Shown here piece after piece: positions 56,591 to 64,000 of a stretch of 64,000 nucleotides of DNA (the first letter of the stretch is position 1; each line of letters opens with the position of its first letter). This DNA is from Nitrospinota bacterium. GTDB taxonomy: Bacteria > Nitrospinota > Nitrospinia > Nitrospinales > VA-1. The stretch lies in NCBI GenBank assembly GCA_009873655.1, contig WAIB01000007.1:10718-74717 (forward strand). Direction: 5' to 3'. The notes under the pieces were generated by a model, which saw only the letters and a list, made by a program, of their open reading frames with translations, did not search any database and was not told the DNA's origin. The position numbers and the translations under genes are program-made.

Positions 56591-58150
56591 TTGTCCAACC
56601 CAGTTACTTTGCCGAGCATGAAACTAGGAGCCTTATTTAAAAGAGGTGCGAATTTAATAAAACTCGGTTTGGCAGTTCGGGATATAAAAAAATCCACTTC
56701 TGAAGATCAGCATAAAAGGGCCAAAAAATATCTGATTGAATTACTGGGGAAATCAAGAGGCCTTCCCACCAAAATCGGACAGTTCATATCTATGGAAGAC
56801 AATTCCCTTCGTGATTCGTTGGGGGATTCCATTGTTCCCATGTCCTTTGAAGAAGTCAGTGAAATTCTTGAGCGTACCTACGGGCAATCCACTGTTTTTA
56901 AAAAGTTGGATAAAAAAGCAAAGACGGCTTCTTTAGGGCAAGTGCATTTCGGGAAATTGGATGACGGTACGGATGTGGCTGTTAAAATCCAATATCCGGA
57001 AATTGCCAGTGCCGTGGAATCGGAACTGGATATCATGGGATGGTTGCCAAAGGCCGGGCCTGTTGCTAAATGGGGTTTTAGAATGGACGGGTACCGGGAT
57101 GCGTTCTGGCATAATTTCAGCGAGGAGCTCGATTATAAAATAGAAATTGAGCACCAGATACGTTATCGCAAACTGATACCCCCTTTGGAACGCATAATAA
57201 TTCCGGAAGTGATTGAAGATTTATGCAGGCCCAATGTCCTTGTTCAAAAAAGGGAAGATGGTTTTGGTTTGGATAAAGCTGAAACCATGATGCCGGCTCA
57301 AAAACAAGCCATGGGTCGGCTGTTGCTGGAACATTATTTCCACATGCTGTTTCGTCATGGGTTTGTGCATGCCGATCCCCAACCCGCGAACCTGAGTTTC
57401 CGTCAGTTTAAAAAAGATTATTTTAATTTAATCCTTTACGATTTTGGAAGCGTTCTGGAAATTCCAGATGAAATGCGTTTGGCGTTATTACGTATAATTC
57501 TGGCACTGAGAAATCATGAAAATATTGATCCCGTTTCCTGCCTGTCAGCATTGGGGTTCGACCCTGAAAAGCTGGAAGACATTCGGCCCACCTTGCCGGC
57601 CCTGTTGTCAGTATTGTTCGAACCCTTCCTTCTCGAAGCTCCATATCACGTAAAAGACTGGAGAATGAGCGAACGGTTTGACCAGATCGTTGGGGAATTG
57701 AAATGGTGGTTTCGCTCTGCCGCTCCTCCCAAGCTGATCTTCCTGATGCGCACTTTGCATGGAATGACGACAATGCTTAACCGGCTTGATGTGCCTTTGC
57801 CCTGGCAGTTCCTATTGGATAAGCACTTGTCGGACATCTATCCCGCAGCGCGGGAACTCAAGCTCCCTCAAGTCAGAACATCACAGGCCATTCATACCTT
57901 TGATGACATGGCTCGCTATCTGAAAGTGCATGTCGTTAAATCCAACGGAAATAAGGTGAGCCTCACCATGCCAGCCCGCTGTGCTGACGACCTGAAGGGG
58001 GTTATGGATGATTCCGTAAAAGAGTCGATTGAAAAACAAAAAATCGATTTGGATGCCATTCAGGAAAAAGCGCAAAAAACCGGGTTCATACCCCAAACGC
58101 TTTTTTCTCTATCCGATCAGGAACGTGATATGAAAGTGTGGTTGGAATAA
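56591..58150 (+). CDS. ABC1/UbiB-family atypical kinase
   Basis: The blocks ASLGQVHFGKLDDGTDVAVKIQYP and HADPQPANL (catalytic loop) are present. It uses a TTG start. Confidence 0.75.
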   Translation: MSNPVTLPSMKLGALFKRGANLIKLGLAVRDIKKSTSEDQHKRAKKYLIELLGKSRGLPTKIGQFISMEDNSLRDSLGDSIVPMSFEEVSEILERTYGQSTVFKKLDKKAKTASLGQVHFGKLDDGTDVAVKIQYPEIASAVESELDIMGWLPKAGPVAKWGFRMDGYRDAFWHNFSEELDYKIEIEHQIRYRKLIPPLERIIIPEVIEDLCRPNVLVQKREDGFGLDKAETMMPAQKQAMGRLLLEHYFHMLFRHGFVHADPQPANLSFRQFKKDYFNLILYDFGSVLEIPDEMRLALLRIILALRNHENIDPVSCLSALGFDPEKLEDIRPTLPALLSVLFEPFLLEAPYHVKDWRMSERFDQIVGELKWWFRSAAPPKLIFLMRTLHGMTTMLNRLDVPLPWQFLLDKHLSDIYPAARELKLPQVRTSQAIHTFDDMARYLKVHVVKSNGNKVSLTMPARCADDLKGVMDDSVKESIEKQKIDLDAIQEKAQKTGFIPQTLFSLSDQERDMKVWLE

Positions 58151-58202
58151 ATCCAGAGTGTCTTTCATCTCTAGATATATAAGAAATAAAAAGAGGTGTA
58201 CC

Positions 58203-59510
58203 ATGTCAGGAAAAAAAGAACGCGGACTTTGGGAGTTATATGAAAAAGACCCTGAAAGGGCCGATGCCGAGATATGGGGAAGGAAACCGAACCCCTTGTC
58301 ACGAAGAGGATTTTTAAAAAAATCCGGCCTTGCGACGATGGCCCTGGCCATTGGTTCGCATATTCCTTTTTTCCGTAACCTGCCGGCGGGGTTTATTCCG
58401 TTGGCTCTGGCTGAAACGAACGACAAAAAGATCATTGAGGGAAAAGAAGGCCTGATGGTTTTAAATGATCGACCTGTCAATGCGGAACCTCCTGCCCATT
58501 TGCTAGACGACGAATTCACCCCCAAAGAAAAACATTTTGTCAGGAACAACGGTCTTCCTCCAGCGGGAGAAATTGAACCCGATAAATGGAAACTCACCGT
58601 GGAGGGTGAAGTGCATAAGCCCCTGCAAATAAGTTTGGGGGACTTGAAAAGCAAATTCAAACATCACACCTATGCCTTGCAGTTGGAATGTGGGGGGAAT
58701 GGCAGGGCAGGTTATAATCCCCCCGCTAAAGGAAACCAGTGGAAGTTTGGCGCGATTGCCTGTGCAAAATATAAGGGAGTCCGTTTGGGGGATGTATTGA
58801 AGGCCGCAGGATTGAAGGACTCCGCAGTTTTTACAGGATACTACGGAGCCGATATTCACCTTTCCGGCAATCCCGACAAAGAAGCTCTCTCACGCGGGAC
58901 TCCTATCGCCAAAGCCCTGGAAGAGCATACCCTGATTGCCTGGGAAATGAACGGGGAACCGCTTCCCGCGCTGCATGGTTTTCCCTTAAGGCTGGTAAGC
59001 CCAGGCTGGCCGGGTTCAACATCGCTAAAATGGCTGAACAAAATATGGGTTCGGGACCGAATTCACGATGGGATGAAAATGAGCAAGTATCGCGTTCCAA
59101 AATACCCGGTGAAACCGGGAACATCCGTTCCCCTCGAAGATATGGCGATTATTGAATCCATGCCTGTAAAATCATTGATCACCAACCCGCGAACAGGAAT
59201 TCAGATTCCCAATGGGAAAAACCTTAAAATCAGAGGCCATGCCTGGGCGGGAGATCGGTCCGTGCGAGAGGTTCATGTTTCCATCAATTTTGGCCGAACC
59301 TGGCAAAAGGCAGACCTTAAAAAACCCGTGAACCGCTATGCCTGGCAAAACTGGGATGCGGTCTTACAATTCCCCACAAAAGGATATTACGAAGTTTGGG
59401 CCCGGGCCACTGACAGTGAGGGAGAGATGCAGCCCATGGTTGTTCCCGGGTGGAATCCGTCCGGTTATATAAATAATGCCATGCATCGCATTGCAGTCAC
59501 GGTGGGGTAG
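58203..59510 (+). CDS. sorA: Sulfite dehydrogenase/oxidase-family molybdopterin subunit (SorA-like), Tat-exported
   Basis: The twin-arginine signal is SRRGFLKKSGLATMALA. An oxidoreductase Moco-binding domain (LQLECGGNGR contains the conserved Mo-ligand Cys context) is followed by a dimerisation domain. I prefer the ATG at 58203 (AGAGG upstream). Confidence 0.8.
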   Translation: MSGKKERGLWELYEKDPERADAEIWGRKPNPLSRRGFLKKSGLATMALAIGSHIPFFRNLPAGFIPLALAETNDKKIIEGKEGLMVLNDRPVNAEPPAHLLDDEFTPKEKHFVRNNGLPPAGEIEPDKWKLTVEGEVHKPLQISLGDLKSKFKHHTYALQLECGGNGRAGYNPPAKGNQWKFGAIACAKYKGVRLGDVLKAAGLKDSAVFTGYYGADIHLSGNPDKEALSRGTPIAKALEEHTLIAWEMNGEPLPALHGFPLRLVSPGWPGSTSLKWLNKIWVRDRIHDGMKMSKYRVPKYPVKPGTSVPLEDMAIIESMPVKSLITNPRTGIQIPNGKNLKIRGHAWAGDRSVREVHVSINFGRTWQKADLKKPVNRYAWQNWDAVLQFPTKGYYEVWARATDSEGEMQPMVVPGWNPSGYINNAMHRIAVTVG

Positions 59511-59515
59511 CGCTC

Positions 59516-59896
59516 ATGGTTAGATCGAAACTGCCGGGAAAATTGCGGGTTAAATTCATTCTGTTAGCGGGGTTGATGCTTCTGGCATCCGATCTGGCGG
59601 CGAAAGAGGAAATGGATTATCAGGGCCTGCCACCGGGTGCGGGTGTTGACCTTGTACTGGAGAATTGCACGGCCTGCCATTCGACAGATATCATCCGGAA
59701 AAATCATATGAGCCGCGAAGCATGGGATAAAACCATAACCTGGATGCAGGAGAAGCAGGGATTATGGGAGCTGGGAAAGGACAGGCAAATAATTTTAGAC
59801 TATCTTTCAAAAGCCCAGGGTGTAGAAAAAAATAAGGCAGTTGGGAGAAGAAACAACCCCATGTATGAATTCGATTATAAGCCCAACCCTTTATAG
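59516..59896 (+). CDS. sorB: Monohaem cytochrome c (SorB-like electron acceptor)
   Basis: The 126 aa ORF has a signal peptide and a single CTACH haem-binding motif. It starts 5 nt after sorA. Confidence 0.6.
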   Translation: MVRSKLPGKLRVKFILLAGLMLLASDLAAKEEMDYQGLPPGAGVDLVLENCTACHSTDIIRKNHMSREAWDKTITWMQEKQGLWELGKDRQIILDYLSKAQGVEKNKAVGRRNNPMYEFDYKPNPL

Positions 59897-59933
59897 GGCC
59901 ATTTTTTGCGGTCCCTGTTTTTAGCTGCCACCG

Positions 59934-61334
59934 CTAGTTGCAGGCGTTGATTTCTGCTTCCAGTTCGGGATAAATGGGAACCTGTTGTACTGTTTTAATG
60001 ATATCCGCACGGGTATTTTTTACCGCCAGTTTGTCGAACAGGAAATCGGTTTGGGATTCCAGTTCTTTGCCGATTCCTTCGCGGATTTCCCTGGGCAGAT
60101 TCCAGAACTCAGATTTGAACTCACCGAACCCTTTCTTCCTGGTTTTATAAATAAACTGTTCATCGGTTTGGCCGTCCTTTTTTTCCGACGCGAATTTTTT
60201 TCTTAGATGGGTATAAATTTCTTCTTTAAACTCTTTTGGGAATAAGCTGCTCTCGTAGGTCATATTTTGGAAACTTGTGGCAAGGTGAATTTCGGCTGTT
60301 TCGAGTTCTGGAAATTTGCTGAAAAGATCATCAGGCAGGGTCGAGGCACCATGTTGCACTGCTCCCGCCAGCCCATAACTCTCACGCGAAATCCGCGATA
60401 AATTTTCCAGGGTGTCAAAATCAAGCTCAACATCAGCCACGGTGCCATCAGGCAGGGGAACGCCTCCATGCGAAGTTCCCGTTTGAATGGAAATTTTGCT
60501 GATTCCTACCGCACCTGATTTTTCCTTTTCAAGTAATTCATTGAAATTATCCAGGTAAGCACGTAGTTCCTGTTCGTTGCTGTTTTCTTTTCCGACTTCT
60601 CCGATTTCTCCCCCGACTGAAATGGTGACTCCTGAAGGTTCCAGTTCACGGACGTATTTGGTGAGTTCCACTCCCACTTCAAAATTGGCTCTTTGCTGTT
60701 CCACCACGGTTTCGTGACTCAGGTCCACCAGCGTCGAGGTATCGATGTCGATATTATAAAACCCGCCCGCGATTCCATTTTCTATGAGCTTTTTAAGTCC
60801 CGCAATCTCTTTCTCTCTATCGTTTGCATAGTTTTTGGCATTGACCTGAAAATGGTCTCCCTGAATAAACACCGGCCCCTTATATCCTTCCTTGATGGCT
60901 GCGCCAAGAATAACGGCTGACAGTTCCTGGGGTGTTTGAAAGGTGTATCCCATTTCAGATTTTGCCAGCTCAAATATAAATGCCCCGGCCTCGGTTTTAA
61001 GTGCGGTACGGAAAATGGCCCGGCAAAGCTCGTAGGGGAGCCCGCGAATATTCAACGCCGGTACGGTAAACCCTGTTACTTCTCCTCGACCTCGGGCTTC
61101 GTACAACCCTTGTATGGAAGAGGGCACAATGCCTAGCTCCAAAGCGGCTGATTTTAGAATGTAACGGCTCAAACCTTTTACATCGGGGGTCGGATTGATC
61201 GCAGCGTTTAGAACCAATTGATCAAGAATATCCCCACGCAGTTTTTCTGCGTCATTGATGATTAAATCGCCATTGTCCCGGCTGGCAATCCCTTTGAGGC
61301 TCTGATTGATTTCATCCTGATTATTGAATAGCAT
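59934..61334 (-). CDS. Class II fructose/tagatose-bisphosphate aldolase family protein (long form)
   Basis: The 466 aa ORF has the blocks VPALNIRG, IQGDH, TGTSHGG and AVQHGAS, which match the class II aldolase metal and substrate motifs. Confidence 0.6.
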   Translation of the reverse strand: MLFNNQDEINQSLKGIASRDNGDLIINDAEKLRGDILDQLVLNAAINPTPDVKGLSRYILKSAALELGIVPSSIQGLYEARGRGEVTGFTVPALNIRGLPYELCRAIFRTALKTEAGAFIFELAKSEMGYTFQTPQELSAVILGAAIKEGYKGPVFIQGDHFQVNAKNYANDREKEIAGLKKLIENGIAGGFYNIDIDTSTLVDLSHETVVEQQRANFEVGVELTKYVRELEPSGVTISVGGEIGEVGKENSNEQELRAYLDNFNELLEKEKSGAVGISKISIQTGTSHGGVPLPDGTVADVELDFDTLENLSRISRESYGLAGAVQHGASTLPDDLFSKFPELETAEIHLATSFQNMTYESSLFPKEFKEEIYTHLRKKFASEKKDGQTDEQFIYKTRKKGFGEFKSEFWNLPREIREGIGKELESQTDFLFDKLAVKNTRADIIKTVQQVPIYPELEAEINACN

Positions 61335-61731
61335 TTATTCTCCTTGAAAACGGTCTAAAACGAGGTGTCAATCGCTTGGAATGTATTTAATGAGTCTATA
61401 CCCGGTTTTTTTGCGGTTGCAATTTCTGTCACGCGGAAAGAAAAAACAGCATTAGTAAAAACTATGCGAGGGCATTGTATCGAAAAAATACATTTCAGGC
61501 AAAGACAACTTTATTTTTAATATAAAATTAAAAAATATATTTAAATCAATTATTTAAATTATATTTATTGAAATTTTAGATTAAGTTTGGATATTTTTCT
61601 ATGGCGGCAATTCACTCCTTTTTTAATGCTTTATTTATTGTCTTTTTTCACCCTGATCTCCACCTGATTTTGTCAACCCGAAAAACCTCCGAAAACCCTA
61701 TAATTACAATATTATCTTGAATCGTTTCTTA

Positions 61732-61759
61732 TTGACAGGTGGAGAAAATTTGCTAAAAT
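61732..61759 (+). promoter_or_regulatory. Candidate sigma70 promoter (TTGACA, 16 nt spacer, TAAAAT)
   Basis: TTGACA lies at 61732-61737 and TAAAAT at 61754-61759, about 135 nt upstream of the ATG at 61896. The -35 element lies inside one arm of an inverted repeat. Confidence 0.5.
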
Positions 61760-61895
61760 CCCAGCGTTAGTAATTTCATTTTTTTATTTTTCAGACGTCT
61801 TAATATTAGAATTTGTATAATTCTAGGTTTTTGAATAATTAAACACCCCTATTTTTTCAAAACTTTAGTTTCCCAGGCTACGGGAAGGGAGCCCC

Positions 61896-63869
61896 ATGTT
61901 TAAAAATATATATATACCTGTAGATAATTCTGATTATTCCAATGCTTGTGTCGATGTCTCATTAGAATTAGCTCAGGGATCAGACGCAATTATCACGGCA
62001 AGCCATGTTTATGCAGCAAAAATGCACGACGTTCGTTTTCGGCAAATGGAAAGCGGCCTTCCTGAAGAATATCAGGATGAGGAAGAACTCGAAAAACAGA
62101 GAAACATCCATGACCAGTTGATCACCAAAGGAATGGAAGTGATCAGCGATTCTTATCTGGATGTTCCCAAAGCCAAATGCGAGGAAAGAGACATTCCTTT
62201 TGTAGGAAAATCGCTTGAAGGGCGAAACTGGACGGAACTGGTCCGGGACATCAAGGAATCTCCCTACGATCTGGTTGTGATGGGTGCTTTAGGCCTGGGT
62301 GCGATTAAAGACAGTCTGATTGGTACCGTGGCCGAGCGTGTAATCAGACGCACGCAAAAAGACATGCTGATTGTAAAGCATTGTCCGGAAATCCATGAAG
62401 ATGTCGCTTCCAGTGGAAAGATCGTCGTTGCGGTAGATGGCAGTGGCCATTCGTTTGGTGGATTGATGACCGGCATCGAAATGGCTAGAAAGCTAAACCG
62501 ACCCCTGGAAATCATTTCAACGTTTGATCCCTACTTTCATTACGCCATGTTCAACAGTTTGACCGGCGTATTGTCCCGTGAGGCTTCCAAAGTGTTCAAA
62601 TTCGAACAGCAGGAAAAACTTCATGAGGACATCATTGATAAAGGGCTGGCAAAAATTTATCAGGCTCATCTGGAGATTTCCCGGAAAGTTTGTGAAGAAG
62701 AAGAAATGGAATGTACCATTCGCCTGCTTGACGGTAAGGTGTTTGAGAAGATCCTGCAATATGCAAGGGAGGAAAATCCCTATCTGCTCATCCTGGGACG
62801 AATTGGGGTTCATAGTGCTCCTGATATGGATATCGGAGGAAATGCTGAAAACCTACTGCGACTGGTTCCTTGTAACGTTCTTCTTTCCAGCAGAGTTTAT
62901 AAGCCGCCGATTGACCTTCAGGCTGAAGAGAGCATTGAATGGACTGCGGAAGCGAAAGAACGGCTTAAGAAAATTCCCGGGTTTGTTCGTCCAATGGCAA
63001 CCTCGGCGATTCTCAGGTACTCTCTGGAACGCGGCCACAGCATGATCACCTCAAGCGTCATTACCGAAGCGGTTCAGGAAATCCTTCCTGCGGGTGCGAT
63101 GCAGGCCATGTCTGCTATTGGTGAAAAAATGCGGGAAGAGGGTATGGATCCGAACAACCCTGAAGGGCTTGGCATGTTGAAGGAAGAAATGAACCAGGCT
63201 CATGCGGGTAAGCCGCCCGAAGAGATCACTTTGAAGTGTACCAGCTGTAACACTTTCTATAAAGGCGATGTTGTCAAGTGTACGGTATGTAATGCCGGAC
63301 CGGAAAGGCTGCTGCCTGTCAATAAGGAAGAATTTGAGGCCACAGAAGAAGAGGCCAAAGAATCCACTACCTTTACAACTCTGCCGGATGGTGTGCAGGT
63401 TTCCTGGACACAGGAAGCTTTGGACCAACTCAACAGTTTTCCACAGGGTCATTTGAGAAGGAAAGCCCACGCGCGTGTTGAAAAGAACGCACGTGTTCAA
63501 AAAGTGAATACCGTTACTGCGGCCTTCCTGGATAAAATCCTGAATGAAAAAATAGTGAAAAAAGATAATGGAAATGGGGCAGAGGAGGTCATCCCAGGGG
63601 ATATTGCAAAAATTGGGGAAAAGCTCAGTGCAGAAGATTTCAACTGGTCCCCGGAAGCGCTGGAACGTCTTGAACGTGTTCCCCAGGGTTTCATGAGGGA
63701 CAATACCCGAAACCGGGTAATGGCTTGGTGTTCCCAAAATAACATCAAGGACATTTCTCTTGAAGTTTGTGAAGAAGGAATCAGGGAGTCTGTGAAAATG
63801 ATGGAAGATGCCATAAAAAATGGCGCGACTCTCGAAGACTTCATCCCTAAAAAGGAAGTAAAAGCATAA
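61896..63869 (+). CDS. Multidomain protein: two universal-stress-protein domains, three PCP_red-like repeats and a Cys4 zinc ribbon
   Basis: The two Usp blocks are IYIPVDNS...VVMGALGLGAIKDSLIGTVAERV and IVVAVDGSGHS...ILGRIG. The three internal repeats are at 62937-63074, 63402-63539 and 63642-63782. The zinc ribbon CTSC...CTVC lies at 63237-63290. Confidence 0.7.
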   Translation: MFKNIYIPVDNSDYSNACVDVSLELAQGSDAIITASHVYAAKMHDVRFRQMESGLPEEYQDEEELEKQRNIHDQLITKGMEVISDSYLDVPKAKCEERDIPFVGKSLEGRNWTELVRDIKESPYDLVVMGALGLGAIKDSLIGTVAERVIRRTQKDMLIVKHCPEIHEDVASSGKIVVAVDGSGHSFGGLMTGIEMARKLNRPLEIISTFDPYFHYAMFNSLTGVLSREASKVFKFEQQEKLHEDIIDKGLAKIYQAHLEISRKVCEEEEMECTIRLLDGKVFEKILQYAREENPYLLILGRIGVHSAPDMDIGGNAENLLRLVPCNVLLSSRVYKPPIDLQAEESIEWTAEAKERLKKIPGFVRPMATSAILRYSLERGHSMITSSVITEAVQEILPAGAMQAMSAIGEKMREEGMDPNNPEGLGMLKEEMNQAHAGKPPEEITLKCTSCNTFYKGDVVKCTVCNAGPERLLPVNKEEFEATEEEAKESTTFTTLPDGVQVSWTQEALDQLNSFPQGHLRRKAHARVEKNARVQKVNTVTAAFLDKILNEKIVKKDNGNGAEEVIPGDIAKIGEKLSAEDFNWSPEALERLERVPQGFMRDNTRNRVMAWCSQNNIKDISLEVCEEGIRESVKMMEDAIKNGATLEDFIPKKEVKA

Positions 63870-63898
63870 TTGACCTTTCCATTTCTTTAAAATAATAA

Positions 63899-63940
63899 GC
63901 CCCTGGATGTTGGAGTCATTCCAATATCAGGGGCTTTTCT
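63899..63940 (+). terminator. Rho-independent terminator
   Basis: The GCCCCTG / CAGGGGC stem (63899-63905 and 63928-63934) has a 22 nt loop and is followed by TTTTCT. Confidence 0.6.
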
Positions 63941-64000
63941 ATTAGCAAAAGATTTTCCTTTCTGTCATTGCGGTTTCTGCATATGTCCTTCCATTTATAT

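Overview
This looks like an ordinary chromosomal core region of a moderately AT-rich bacterium. I cannot assign the lineage from sequence alone. The abundance of TPR proteins, SorAB, and sigma54/hybrid-kinase signalling fits a Nitrospinota- or deltaproteobacteria-like organism, but that is speculation.

Coding density is high and nearly all long ORFs are recognisable housekeeping genes:
- Repair and stress: tsaE (partial), nnr, a BtuE-type glutathione peroxidase, trxB, clpB.
- Envelope: uppP, PBP1A (mrcA), tatA.
- Amino acid synthesis: an aminotransferase-hom-thrC operon, argG.
- Sugar-phosphate metabolism: a eukaryotic-type UGPase, a pgi-tal-glk cluster, a long class II aldolase.
- Energy and nitrogen: a tight nuoE-nuoG-nuoD operon, amt.
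- DNA repair: addB-addA.
- Molybdenum enzymes: moaC-moaD-moaE, sorAB sulfite dehydrogenase.
- Other: an M16 peptidase, an ABC1/UbiB kinase.

I found no rRNA, tRNA, CRISPR array, transposase, integrase or phage genes, and no recognisable defence system.

The parts worth a second look are small and local:
- An LpoA-like TPR plus periplasmic-binding-fold protein, translationally coupled to a sigma54 response regulator and convergent with an ODD-bearing PBP1A.
- An RI-type LRR protein and a DUF5069-like protein that appear to lead the PBP1A operon.
- A nuoE-G-D operon with no nuoF.
- A three-gene module of a small regulatory-domain protein, an HDOD protein and a hybrid histidine kinase.
- Two diverged paralogues of an unknown family bracketing gpx.
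- A 2xUsp + 3xPCP_red-like + zinc-ribbon protein behind a 560 bp AT-rich regulatory region.
- A MoaD ending in GG-S.
- Two gene remnants: a histidine-kinase H-box fragment and a truncated beta-carbonic anhydrase.
- A repeat-decorated leader upstream of a small secreted protein.

All functional calls rest on motif recognition by eye. None has been checked against a database.
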